Shown: positions 41,827 to 53,853, numbered from the whole stretch's first letter. The stretch is DNA of 63,082 bases, filler included, from Candidatus Woesearchaeota archaeon (GCA_003650545.1; 17 parts of 17 records of this genome joined end to end with filler, not necessarily neighbours in it); one strand, 5' to 3'. Notes: a model not told the origin generated them from the sequence alone. A program made the numbers and translations.

Positions 41827-42761
41827 CCGCAACATGGAACTATTGGAACGCAACCAGAAGCCATTGCCTCAACAACGCTAATGCCAAAAGCCTCAGAAGG
41901 TTGGGTATGAAAGTATAAGCTAGCTGAGGATAATACATTAAGGTAATCCTCAAATGACTGGTTCACCATCAATTTAACTCTATCATTAACTCTGAAATGT
42001 TTAATGAGAGCTGTAATTCTCCTCATAGCAGTTTTTGATGCTTTATCAGCTATGGTAAGTAAAATAAACTTTGCATCTTTAACCAAGCTAGCTACCTTAG
42101 GTATAATATCTAACCTCTTTCCTAACCTAAGACGAGCAACGGCAACTATTAAATCTTCATGTTTTTTTCTATAATGAGAATTTTTCATAAATATGTTCAC
42201 ATCTACAGGTGGATGAACAACAATAGAATTACGCCTTAATTTCTTTAGTAAAACTTCTTGGATAAACTTGGAATTGGCCACAAGTAAGCTTTTATAAGCA
42301 AATCTCCAGAATGGGGCTCCATTGTATATACGGGTGAAAACTTGCCAAGATGGTTGAGGAAAAGTAAAGCTAACTTTATAAGATAATCTGATAGGTATAG
42401 CATTAACGTAAGCTAAATCAGCTATGCAATCTACTAAATCTCCATAAGTGTTGATTAGAAGGCTCTTTCTTTTGTGCCTCAGGAGTAAAAGCGTTAATGG
42501 AAAGAAAGAAGCTGTTATTGCTGCTTGTGACGACATGCCGAGATTAGAAATGGCGCTCATAAAATAGGTCTCTTCATTTGGTCTACTAACCTCGCCGAAC
42601 CTGCCTTCAAGCATCTTCCAATCGGTCTTATCTAAAGTGACTAATTTAACTCTATAGCCTGCGTTGATCAAAACCTCAATAAAAGATAAGCAAACTCTTT
42701 CAGCCCCACCGCCTCTATTAAGTGAAGGATGAGCAATAACTACATCCACCATGTCCTTCAA
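41827..42761 (-). CDS. GT-B glycosyltransferase family 4 (Alg11-like), truncated
   Basis: HPSLNRGGGAERV, ANSKF, VHPPVD, EAFGISVVEAMASG. Confidence 0.9.
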
Positions 42762-43108
42762 CTCTCACCTAAAATACTCAACTGAAAGATACAAAAACAT
42801 CAGCCACATAGCAAATATCTTCTAAAAGAGACTTAAGATTTTCTGAATTACTGAATTAATTGCGTCATCTACAACCCGATTTCTCCCATTAATTAGAGCT
42901 ATATAGCCGATACCATTCTATTCATTCAATGAAAGAATTTTCATTTAAAGCAAAGATTATAAGCATGGAATTAACATCCAGAGCTTTGACCGAATAAAAA
43001 TGAATATTATGAAGAGCTTCTACTCTTATAAGCTAGCTTGAGGATGATGAATTTAACCGATTATATCGCTTTAATAGAAATATATCAAAAATTCAAAAAT
43101 AATTAAAA

Positions 43109-45353
43109 ATGTGGCGACATAACATGCATTTGAAAGCAATAAAACTATTCAAATACGCAAAAACATTTTTCCCAAGAGATAAGGTTGCCTTATTTTTTGC
43201 AACGTATCCCATAGCGCTTTTGGTTATCTATGGTTCTCCATTAGGCTTGGGCGATGAATGGTATAATATATATGAATATCTGGATAAACATGGAGCAATC
43301 CCCTATCTGGACGAGAGAGAGGGTTACCCTCCTATAGGTTTCTTAGTATATATGCCTCTATACCACTTATGTAAAGGAAATCCCCCCGCGTTCTACTATT
43401 GCTTCAGATTTGTAAATGGGTTAGCGATAGTGATGGTTGTTACCATCCTTTATGCAATATTCAAGTCAACAGCTGATAGGAGTAAAGCCCTAAAGTATAC
43501 GGTAGCTTATAGCATACTTCCTTCAGTAATATTAGCTAATACGTATTCAAATGATGTGATCGCTCTTTTACCAGCAACTCTAGCTATTTATGCCATGATT
43601 AAAAAGAAACCTAAACTTTGCGGCATACTATTAGGTTTAGCGACGCTCAGCAAGGGTTTTCCCGCTCTACTAATAGTGCCGGCTCTAATAAAATTTCAAA
43701 GCCTTAAAGAAAAATTTGAGGTTATTGGTTTATTTTCACTCACATTTCTTTATGTAAGTCTACCCTTTCTAGCATTAAATCCCCTAGCATACATATCGAC
43801 ATTTATACATCATGGCTCTAGAGGTCCTTGGGAAACGATCTGGGCGCTTATTGATGGCTATAATAGTCACGGAGGCTTCCTTCATCCATATTTCGACAAA
43901 TATTTCTATCATGGAAACCTAGTAAATGTTTATACCTTCAACCATTATGATCACGCTTTTTATCTATGGAAATACGATCAGTTACCGGGCATACTCACTT
44001 TAAGCCAAATACTCTTTATAGCAATCTTTTCACTAGCTTATGCCAACCATCCTAATGAAGCAACAGAGTTATGCGGTTTTCTTTACCTAACGTACATGCT
44101 GTTCTTTAAGGGCTACAGTACACAGTTCGCTGTTTCAACATCTCTCTATTTAATCTTAGCGACTCAACAGCTGAAATTATTGGCTATTTTGGAATTAAGC
44201 CATATGATGCAGATACTTTCTTGGAATTATGCTACACAGATAAATATAAGGAATATACATGCCCATTTACTTGCATCTTCAATCCTGATTAGAACATTTA
44301 TCTTCGCATATGTGCTAATACTGCCCATTAAGAATCACTTTTCAGACTTAAAACATGCTACTGCAATAGTTGTAAGATTTTTGGAAGTAATCAAATGGGC
44401 GCTGAATAATAAACGTATAATAATTTCCGCTATACTTGTAGTCTTAACGGGCTTCCTCTCTTTAGCACAAATATGCAATTATTTGCATCAGAAAGATAAT
44501 TTTAGGATTCTTATAGGAGATATCAATCTCTCGCAGAATAAATGGGCAAACATAACGTTAAGTAATCTTGAAAGAGGAGACAAAATCCTAATTAAGTTAT
44601 CCACGCACACATGGGTAGAAACATACGTTACGCCTAAAGTGGTGATTGAGCGAGGTGTAAGAAACCCATGCAACTTTAAAGGTTCATTTAACGAGACCAT
44701 GCTTTTCTTCAGAGCTGAAGCAAAACGTTACATATTATCACTTAGAATAGCGCACCCTAAGATTCCTTTCAGGGTTACAGATGGATTTAAAGGGGACCTA
44801 GAAGTAAACATAGAGAGTAATAACTCAGCACTAATAATAAAACTTGTAGATAAAGGAGTCGATGGAAAGGACAGTAGATTTAGGATAGCGTATCCATATG
44901 AAACTTACGTAGATGATGATTTCAAAATAAATATGGAATGTGAAGTGATCGCAGCAAGTAAACCTGTAATGCTATTAGACGTGTTTGATGAAACTGATGA
45001 GTGGCTCTATGCATTTAAAATAACAAAAGAAAACTTTACATTAACGTCAGAAACCCCGAGCATAGATGGATATGCAAACCTTAGAGGAGACCTCATATCG
45101 CTAGTGGCATTATCCGTTACGATCAAAGAGGGAACATCAGCAACAATTATACTTAAAAATTTAAGTATAAACAATCAAACAATAAAATTCTTTGCAGAAA
45201 GTAGCGAATTACTATCCTACAAGATTTATATAGAGAAAAGTTTCAGAGCGCCCGAAATTTATTATATAACTTTATTTTTATTCAATCTTTTAATTACATA
45301 CGCTATCTTACTATTAATTCAAAATGCCAAGAACATTATTACATGCTCTTCCC
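43109..45353 (+). CDS. Multi-pass GT-C-like glycosyltransferase (GT87/DUF2029-like) with C-terminal extracellular domain
   Basis: PYLDEREGYPP, SND, LLGLATLSKGFP, many TMs; divergent from the GT4 gene. Confidence 0.7.
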
Positions 45354-45966
45354 NNNNNNNNNNNNNNNNNNNNNNNNNNNNNNNNNNNNNNNNNNNNTTA
45401 ATTAATTAANNNNNNNNNNNNNNNNNNNNNNNNNNNNNNNNNNNNNNNNNNNNTTGCTCTCCTAGGCGCCTTCTTTAAGGCTGTAAATGATTGGGAATAC
45501 GGTTTGGGAAGAGCTTTTGCAATACTGTTGGGATTGCCAATATTATTTGTCATAATCTGTGCGATAGTGCCTCATATGAGTGCTGAAGCTACAGGCTTGC
45601 TACTTACCTTGAGATTGTTACTTTTAGGTGCAATATTAGGTATTATAATCTGGATACTTCAACGTTTCTCCCCTGATTAGAACCCCTAGTCTTAGGCTGA
45701 GACGCCAGAAGAAGTGGTAGACATTTTCTTCGAATCAGCTAATGGGATCTTCGGATTAAAGCTAGGCCAGCTCTCTGAAATCCCTTCTCATACACCCACA
45801 TATTATCCAGTCAGTCTCTTAACTCTTTCTAGATTCTTTCTCAGCAGATTTATTATTTGAGGCATATTCTCTACTACATCCCTAGGGATCTCTCTGCCCT
45901 CCGGACATCTTGTTACTTCGAAGAACTGGCATAGATATGTATGTAACCCAAAGTATGGTGTAATAG

Positions 45967-46836
45967 TTAGGTATAAGTTTCTTTGGTTTTCTTCACTACC
46001 TCTTGAAGTTGTTTGGTTTCTCTATCTATGGCTTCTATAGCTGTATCCACTATCTCGAGCAACGCTGGTATGTATTTTGCCATTGCTGTATTGCTGAGCT
46101 CTTTGGGTCCTAGATCTGGTTTTTCTGGATATCTCGTTAACGTTGATATTCTACAGGTTTCAAATAATAGCTGAATCGGTAAAAGCGCTGCAAACCCGTA
46201 GAACGCTTCGATATGTGATACAAGCATTGGGATTGTGTCGATGAAGAGCTTGATAACCTTATCTATCTGCTCGGCATCTAATGGAGTTATCATTCTAGCG
46301 TATTCCTTTAGCATCTCGATGCTCTGAACAAAGTAGGGATCTCTAAGAATTTCCTCGAGATCAGGCTTGTTGTTGTGGATATGCTTCAGCTCTTCTAGAA
46401 ATTCCTTAGCAGTTGAGATGAGTCTTTGAAGCATGTCCTCGTCGTTCAAGATCTCTCTAACATCTGTGAAGTGCAACTCTTCAATGTCCTTAACGGTTTG
46501 CTCGAACCTATTTGCAAGATCAATAAGCTTATTTACAAGACCTTCCTTAGCACCTTTGCTCGTCAGAAGTTTAGCAACATGTCTCAATCTCCGTGTTTGT
46601 TCTGACATCTCCTTTCGTACTTCATGATAGATCGGTTCGTGTCTAAGTCTCTTCAGTTCTTTGCAGTAGGTCTCATCTTTACCGACTGCTAGGAAGCTCT
46701 TCAAAGCCTTCTCTACAGCTTGAGATAACCAAAATAAGCTGTGAGCATGCAGTCCATGATTATATAGAAGCTTAGCAGCACACAAATCATTCTTTGCCAA
46801 CACTAGGAAATAGATAGAGCACCAAGGCAAGCGCAT
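45967..46836 (-). CDS. HEPN domain protein with a long helical insertion
   Basis: AKNDLCAAKLL...SQAVEKALKS...RH and C-terminal TRYP. Confidence 0.8.
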   Translation of the reverse strand: MRLPWCSIYFLVLAKNDLCAAKLLYNHGLHAHSLFWLSQAVEKALKSFLAVGKDETYCKELKRLRHEPIYHEVRKEMSEQTRRLRHVAKLLTSKGAKEGLVNKLIDLANRFEQTVKDIEELHFTDVREILNDEDMLQRLISTAKEFLEELKHIHNNKPDLEEILRDPYFVQSIEMLKEYARMITPLDAEQIDKVIKLFIDTIPMLVSHIEAFYGFAALLPIQLLFETCRISTLTRYPEKPDLGPKELSNTAMAKYIPALLEIVDTAIEAIDRETKQLQEVVKKTKETYT

Positions 46837-47027
46837 ACAAGTCCACGCCTTTTCGACGTTGTTCTAAGTATGCATAAGTATGTACTTAATGGACATGAGC
46901 TCCACCATGAAATTATTTAGAAGGAGCCGGGATAAAACACTTGCCTTTCCCAGAATAATGTCTGATTTTACCTATCCTAAATAAGTGTTTTATACCTGCA
47001 TTATAGGTATATATTCATGGGGGTATC

Positions 47028-47384
47028 ATGGATGTTGAGGAAGTAACATGGAAGGTCTTAAGACGCGAAGTTAAGATTGATAGGCTAGACAGCTATATGC
47101 TATACTATGTATACTCAGCACTGATAGATCTGAAAAGACGTTTAATTTCAGCACAAGTAAAATATCCTGAAGAACTACAGCCACTTAAACCAATAATTGA
47201 ATTGGTTGATGAGTTAATTGAGAATATTTATCCGCGAGTCAAAAAAAACATGGACATATGTTATGCGGTTCTTGAATCATCAGAACAAATTGCAAAGGCG
47301 ACATCAAAGAGGATTTTCGGAAAAAAATTGTTAGAAAGATCGCCGGGAGACCAACAATCCTTCCTGTTATTTTTAAACCCCTAG
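47028..47384 (+). CDS. Hypothetical protein
   Basis: 118-aa ORF with GGGGGT RBS and an upstream TTTATA box. Confidence 0.55.
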   Translation: MDVEEVTWKVLRREVKIDRLDSYMLYYVYSALIDLKRRLISAQVKYPEELQPLKPIIELVDELIENIYPRVKKNMDICYAVLESSEQIAKATSKRIFGKKLLERSPGDQQSFLLFLNP

Positions 47385-47483
47385 AAACACATATCTAGTG
47401 GGGAAAAGAAAACTACAACAAACTAGAACAGTTCGAGTATCTCCCGCATGTAGCCCCGCTCTCCTCCACCCTCCTTTCCACCA

Positions 47484-47636
47484 CTACATGTACCCTGTAA
47501 GGACAAGGTCAGCTCCTTTAGGTCTCTGACTTACCAAGATATTGGCGACTATCCCGTTTGTGGCTATAGCGACAGCAACGACTATACCTATAACTACCAG
47601 TAATGCTAGGAGATTAGATATCCTCCAACCATCCAT
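47484..47636 (-). pseudogene. Probable degenerate archaeal type IV pilin-like N-terminus
   Basis: MDGWRISNLLALLVVIGIVVAVAIA resembles a class III signal peptide but lacks the Gly at the cleavage site; stop after 50 aa. Confidence 0.35.
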
Positions 47637-47738
47637 GCCCCTCTAAACAAGGGAAACTAAATACATATAAATATAAACCAAGCAGGTAGGCAGATATTTA
47701 TAAATAAATAAGATATAGTTAAGCAGGGTAAAGAGAAA

Positions 47739-48092
47739 ATGATAATACTAAAAATCCCAAGGAAAGTTGATGATAGAGACTTAAGGGAGTTTATACTAAA
47801 CCAGATCAAGAAGTTCAGGCGTAATAAAAAACACAGATACATACAGCTCCAAGGAGAAGTTGCTTATTCAAATAACTATGTATATTTCATATTTCCGAAT
47901 CGCGGCTTGGAGCTCGCCTTCGCATTATCGCTCTATCTTAAATGCAAGAAACATAGCATCCCATGCGAGCTAGAGTTTTCTAAATCTGTAGGCTTAGAAA
48001 AACTACCTAAAGATGTCTTAGAAGCAGCAAAGATATGGGCAGAAAGAAAACTACATAGGAAGTACTACAAGCTTAAGAATCTAAAGCTATAG
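47739..48092 (+). CDS. Hypothetical basic protein
   Basis: 117-aa ORF; TTTATAAA box about 35 nt upstream. Confidence 0.6.
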   Translation: MIILKIPRKVDDRDLREFILNQIKKFRRNKKHRYIQLQGEVAYSNNYVYFIFPNRGLELAFALSLYLKCKKHSIPCELEFSKSVGLEKLPKDVLEAAKIWAERKLHRKYYKLKNLKL

Positions 48093-48108
48093 CAAAATCT
48101 ACAGGTGA

Positions 48109-48594
48109 TGTACGTTAAGCGATCTAATAGTAGCTATCGACTTAAGCGAAGACGGGCCAAGAATAATAGCTTTAGTTGGTGCTAGAGAACATGTCTTAAA
48201 GAGCCATGAGTTCTCCACCACTGCTGCTATACTTAAGCATTATAGGAGTGTTCAGTCCAAGAGAAAGCGTAGTTACATTAAAGCATTTCCTAGGAGATAC
48301 TCAAAGTTGCTGAGGCATTTGGAGGTAGTTAGGGTATACATTTACAGCTCCAGGATCTTGAAAGAAATAAATAAACTTCTACATGAGCTAGAACCAGCAC
48401 TAGTAATAGTAGATGACAAACTCTATAGATGGATCAGGTATTCGAAGAAACATATGCGTAGAGAAGGAGAGGCTAAGAGAAGGTATGAAGAGTACTTGAA
48501 GAAGCTTACAGACAACTTAGCGAATTACTTCAGAATACTCCTGAAAGAAAATCCAGGAAAATTTTATGAAGAACTAAAGAAGTTTGAGAAATAG
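48109..48594 (+). CDS. DUF3800-like RNase H-fold protein; true N-terminus lacks a canonical start codon
   Basis: Frame open from 48109: LIVAIDLSEDGPRIIALVG ... LVIVDD ... LTDNLANYFR (acidic triad). GGTGA at 48104-48108 is followed by TTA/ATA rather than ATG/TTG. Confidence 0.55.
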   Translation, partial: CTLSDLIVAIDLSEDGPRIIALVGAREHVLKSHEFSTTAAILKHYRSVQSKRKRSYIKAFPRRYSKLLRHLEVVRVYIYSSRILKEINKLLHELEPALVIVDDKLYRWIRYSKKHMRREGEAKRRYEEYLKKLTDNLANYFRILLKENPGKFYEELKKFEK

Positions 48595-48597
48595 TGG

Positions 48598-48664
48598 ATC
48601 GCCGGGTCACGGGAACACTCTACGGATCATCTCCGCTCACCGTAGAGCCCACATCCCCGGCGGT
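48598..48664. ncRNA. Candidate structured RNA immediately after the DUF3800-like stop codon
   Basis: Nested stems ATCGCCGGG/CCCGGCGGT, GGG/CCC and CTCTACGG/CCGTAGAG; GC-rich in an AT-rich contig. Confidence 0.55.
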
Positions 48665-48752
48665 AAAATCTGTACATAGCAGTAACAACTGTAACGACCG
48701 TTACAGTCGTTACCCCAGTAACATATAATGTTTAAATAAGGTATAAAGCTTT

Positions 48753-48962
48753 CTACACCTCAGCTTCATCAACTACTTCGAAGTCCCTCCACACCTCTAA
48801 GTCCATATTATTCGTATTTAATATTAGGTAGTGTCTCTCCTTCTGCGAAGAATCTATGTAGATATACTTTGTTCTCCACGGAAAATCATGTGTCCTATAG
48901 CCTCCACTATGCATGTGCCCGTTAATTACTAGTCTTGGTTTAATTATTCTTACGGTTTCTAA
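48753..48962 (-). CDS. Metallophosphoesterase C-terminus; missed by the ORF track
   Basis: IKPRLVINGHMH (GHxH motif); frame open from the contig edge. Confidence 0.75.
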   Translation of the reverse strand, partial: LETVRIIKPRLVINGHMHSGGYRTHDFPWRTKYIYIDSSQKERHYLILNTNNMDLEVWRDFEVVDEAEV

Positions 48963-49063
48963 ANNNNNNNNNNNNNNNNNNNNNNNNNNNNNNNNNNNNN
49001 NNNNNNNTTAATTAATTAANNNNNNNNNNNNNNNNNNNNNNNNNNNNNNNNNNNNNNNNNNNN

Positions 49064-49758
49064 TAGCTCTCTTTGATAAACCTCATCTTTGGACCAAGGT
49101 TCTGTATTACAAAACCCACTTTTACCTTTTCACTTTTAACTTTTAACTGTGTGCCCAAGTCTACAGCTACTCCAAAAGCTCTTTCATCCTCAATCTTCTG
49201 CTGGATGAACTTAAGGTTTAAGCCAAGCCCTGTTTTATCTCCAACCATCCTGCTATATGTGAGTGTTGTGGCAAAATCGTATGCACTAAAGTTATCTGAA
49301 AGTCTTTCCCGCCTCTCTCCCCTTCTCTCCATCTCTCCCATTGACAGATATACTACACTTATTCCAATTGTTTCCCTGTTCACTGCTAACTGTTCACTGC
49401 TAACTGACTTTATCGGGTGAACATAGCCAAGAAAATCATACCTCAGGTCTCCAATCCATTCATTATGCATGGCAGATATTTCCCGTTTAGAGAGTTGTGT
49501 TAATCCTGCTGGATTCCAGTGGATAGCAGTTACATCGTTGGCAATAGCAGTAAATGCACCGCCCATGCCAGCTGGCCGAGCTCCCACGCCAACCTTGAGA
49601 AAAGCTGCACCGGTCTTACCAGAAGCAAACGCTTCGTTTAATGTGTAAGGTGTAAGGTTTAAAGCAAGGAACAAAACAAGAAATAATTTCATCAATTTCT
49701 TTTTCCTCGTCGTTTTTACTTCACACTTCACACTTTTCACTTTACACGATTTCATCAC
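49064..49758 (-). CDS. PorV/PorQ-family outer-membrane beta-barrel protein, truncated
   Basis: GAAFLKVGVGARPAGMGGAFTAIANDVTAIHWNPAGL. Confidence 0.88.
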
Positions 49759-52546
49759 TTAATCACTGCTAACTTCTTTAATTCCGTAATATCCTTCTCT
49801 CCCTCCTTTTTTGCCCTGATGTGGTACAGATATACCCCGCTGGCTGTTCCTGATATGTCCCATCTGTATTCATAGGCGTATTTCCCATTGATACTGTCCG
49901 GGTCTTCATAAAGCTCTACCGAGTGTACTGGCTCACCAGCAACGTTATAGATTGTTATCTCCACTGTATCTGCCTTGCCAACTTCAACATGGATAGTGGG
50001 CCATTTTCCTCTCTTTGCCGGGTTGGGATAAGAGTAAATTTCACCTTTAACAAAGGTTGTGTTAGTATCAGAAGTGTTTAAAGAAGCAGAAGTTAGGGTT
50101 GAAGAGGTTGTTCTTTTCTCATCAATTGACCTTACTTCTGCTTCCCCATTCAGAGTTACCAATTTACCAAACATGTTTCTTAAAACAATTCCCTGGCCAT
50201 TAATGATTATCTGGCTATCTGGTGCATAGATGATTGCACTTAACTCCCCTTTACCAGTAACGCTCAAAGTTTCTGGTGTGTTACAGAATAGAATAAAGTC
50301 AAAGGGATCTCCATTCTGGTTTGCACTACTATGGCCTGCAATTTGAACTTTGCCAGTACAGAATATTGCTATTTTTCCTTGTAAAATTAAAGACGCCTTA
50401 CCAGTTACCTTTAGCCCGGTTATGTAATATGTCCCTTCAGACAAGGTAAAGGAGTCATTATCTCCCACCTGTAGAGCTCCATCTTTCCATGGGTCTTTAC
50501 CTTTTTCAGTTAAAGGAACTTTATTATTGTCATTTTCTATTCTAACTTCCTCTTCAATCTCTTTAAGGTCAATTGGATAAGGGCTGGTGGGAGGAACCCC
50601 CTCTTCTATCTCTCCTGTAATCTGGCTTTTCCCTTTAAGGGTTACAGTATCTCCCTGGGCATCTCCATCAATTAAAGCATTACCGTTTAAGAGAATATCT
50701 CCATTACTCCTCACATCACCTGTTGCCTTAGCTTTTCCATTAAAAGAGACTCCATCCCTCCCAAAGATGGCGTACTCGTTCAATATGGTAACCGTAAATG
50801 TCCTGGACTTAACCTCTTCTTTATTTTCCACATTATCAGTACTAAAAAACTCCACCACATGCACACCTTCGGTAAGGGTAAATGTGCCAGTAATAACTTC
50901 AAATACTCCTCCATCTACCCTGTACTCAGTGCGGGATACGCCAGATGCTACATTATTTTTCACAGGGTCAATTGCCTCAAATCTTAAAGGTGTTGATGGT
51001 GCAATGAACGTCCGGCCAAAGGCTGTAAATTTAAGCTCACCAATGATTAATTCTGTTTCAGGCGGGGTTGCATCCACGTAGACTGTAAAGGATTTTGTTA
51101 TCTCTTTATTTCCAAGATTATCCAGGCTATGGTACTCAATGGTATGAATTCCCTCAGGTAAGGTTAGAGCTGTCTCATATTTAAGGAACGCTCCTTTATC
51201 AATTGAATACATAATTTTCTCCAGGCCAGAGGCAACTCCATTTATAACCGGGTCTTCGGCAATGAGGATGTATTTTGTGTCAGGGGAAGCATAGAGTATG
51301 CCCTCTGGAGAAGTATACTGCACGCCTCCTTCCATGGTTAGAGTGGAGACTGGTGGAGTGTTATCCAGTTTTACTGTGATTGATTTAGTCTCCTCAAGGT
51401 TCTCTACATTGTCCATGCTCCTGTATTCAATTGTATAAAGGCCATCATCTCCAGTAATGGTAAAGGTTGTTGTGTATATTAACCATGTGCCTTTATTAAT
51501 CCTGTACTCAGTCTGCTTTACTCCAGAAGGAACTATGCCCAAATCATTTGAAGTTAATGTAAATTCTGTGTCAGAGGTGACAAAATCCTGGTATTTTGGT
51601 GTTCCTACTGTAATCTCTGTTTCTGGCGGGGTGTTATCAATAATTACCTCAATACTCCTCTCTTCTTCCGTATTATCAACGTTGTCGGTTGAATAATAGC
51701 AGATTGTATGATAACCTTCATCAAGAGCACTTAAATTAAATGGACCAACATAATCAATCCATTCCCCTTCATCAAGCCTGTACCTGGTGGCTTTTACTCC
51801 AGATGGAATCAGGCCTTTATCAGTAGCTTCCAGAGTAAATGGAGTATTGCCAGTTACCCAGATTTTGCCTTCCAAGGAATATTGTGGGCTTCCTATGGAT
51901 ATTGTGGTAACCGGTGGGGTGGCATCAACAATAAATGAAATGGATTTAGCCTCTTCAGTATTACCAAGGTTATCAATGCTTCTATAGGCAAGGGTATGTT
52001 CACCTTCAGCAGGCACTGTTATGGTTGTGATGTAAGTAGTGAACTCTGCTCCATCTAAAGAGAATTCAGTCCTGTTTACACCTGAGCCTTCTCTGTCATC
52101 TGCTGAGAGGATAAATTGGGTCTCTCCATTTGTAAAGAATCTCCCTTCAATATCAGTGAATTGGGAACCTATAATGGCAAGTTCAGTAACTGGCGGGGTA
52201 TTATCCAGAATGAGACTCTTTGATTTTATTTCCTCAACATTCTGGACATTGTCCATGCTTCTATACTCAACTAAATAGTCTCCATCATCGCCTGTAATTG
52301 TAACTGTGGTGGTATATACCTCCCATCCTTTAGAATTAATCCTGTATTCTGTCCTTAAAACACTGGAATTAACCCCGTTTACCACAGGGTCCTCTGCAGT
52401 TAGTATTATTTTTGTATCAGACCTGATATAGGTTTTTCCTTCTGCTTCAAACGTTACACCTTCCACGTTACACGATGTTACTGGCGGAGTTCCATCAACA
52501 TATACTGGGAAAACCTTTGTCTCTTCCTGATTATCAACATTATCAA
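49755..52546 (-). CDS. Large secreted Ig-like-repeat protein with a T9SS-type-A-like C-terminal sorting domain, 5'-truncated
   Basis: Repeated DNTPPVT...SGVxxTEY...EYRSxDNVxNxE units; C-terminal YSYPNP...IYNVAGE...ASGVYLY...KKLAVIK. Confidence 0.85.
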
Positions 52547-52646
52547 NNNNNNNNNNNNNNNNNNNNNNNNNNNNNNNNNNNNNNNNNNNNTTAATTAATT
52601 AANNNNNNNNNNNNNNNNNNNNNNNNNNNNNNNNNNNNNNNNNNNN

Positions 52647-53104
52647 ATATATTATTGGAATAAGAAGCCCAATTATCCCGGAAAAAATTCCTACTCCCCT
52701 TGAGTTTATAAGATTCACTAATCTCCAACGATAATCTAGTACGCTCTCTTTTTGTGTTGCTTGGTTGAAAAAAATTTGCATGTGTCTCCTCGACATTTTT
52801 TTACTTTCTCTGCAAGTTCTTCATCCAATAACTTTAATTTATTTTTGATACCTATGTTTAACAATTCAAAACATGGATCTGAAACCTTAAACCATTTTTC
52901 CCATACACGTCGATAGATAGTCATGACATAAGCTTGATATGTTATATACCCTACAGGTATAGCTAACGCGATAGAAAGCGCTACTAACGTCGAGGTAACT
53001 GCAGAGATTCCGCCGTCAACTAGCAAGATAAACATATAGACAAAGAAAAATACGAAAAAACCGGAGATAGAATAGTAAAGGAGATGTTCCGTTTCAGTTT
53101 TCAC
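52647..53104 (-). pseudogene. Membrane protein split by a frameshift at an A7 run (52796-52802 on the minus strand)
   Basis: ORFs 52736-53104 and 52599-52796 join if one A is added (GTA AAA AAA ATG). Confidence 0.55.
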
Positions 53105-53853
53105 ATGTAGTCTCCTCAGTTAAATTACGATTCTTATACAATGTATACACTTTTAAAAATCTTCTTCTAAAAAGAAGAAAAAGGAGAAATATCGAAGCAG
53201 TTCCCATAAAAATGGGGGAATAAGTTTCAAATACAATGGAAGAAATTTTGCTTATCTATCTCCAAGAAGAGAAGCGTTCGCCATAGAATGGAAACAAAGT
53301 GATGGTTGGTATTACTGGGGCAACCATAAAGAATTAAATGTGTTCGAGAACTTATCGAAGGAAAAAAGGAATCTCTTAAACTTGTGGGGGACTTAACGGA
53401 AAGAGACTGCAAAGCCGATGTCGTTACATTTCTAATCATTAGGGATGACGCAAAAAAGATTGTTTGAACATGAATAATCATGCTATTTCCACCACAGAAA
53501 GATAAGGATGGAAAATGGCACTATGTCGGAAAGACAAGAAGTTTCGACGAGAAAAACATGACGCAGTTGCTTCAAAAAAGGTTTCAAACTGATAAGCCAC
53601 CAGTTAATGAGAGAAGCAAAAATGGCATGTTCAGATTTCCGACTTCCTACGCATCAGAGAAGACAAGAAGAATGCGCACTCCGATAATCGCCTAGATTGT
53701 TAAAGTTTGTAAATCGTTTTATATGACTTCCTTTAATTTTTAAAATATAGAGAGCGTGGGTATTGGATTGTGATTCCTGAGCCTACTGAGGACAGTATTA
53801 CTGGTCTTTTGGCTAAGGAACTTGAAAAGCATAGGGTTAAGGTGGAGATTTTT

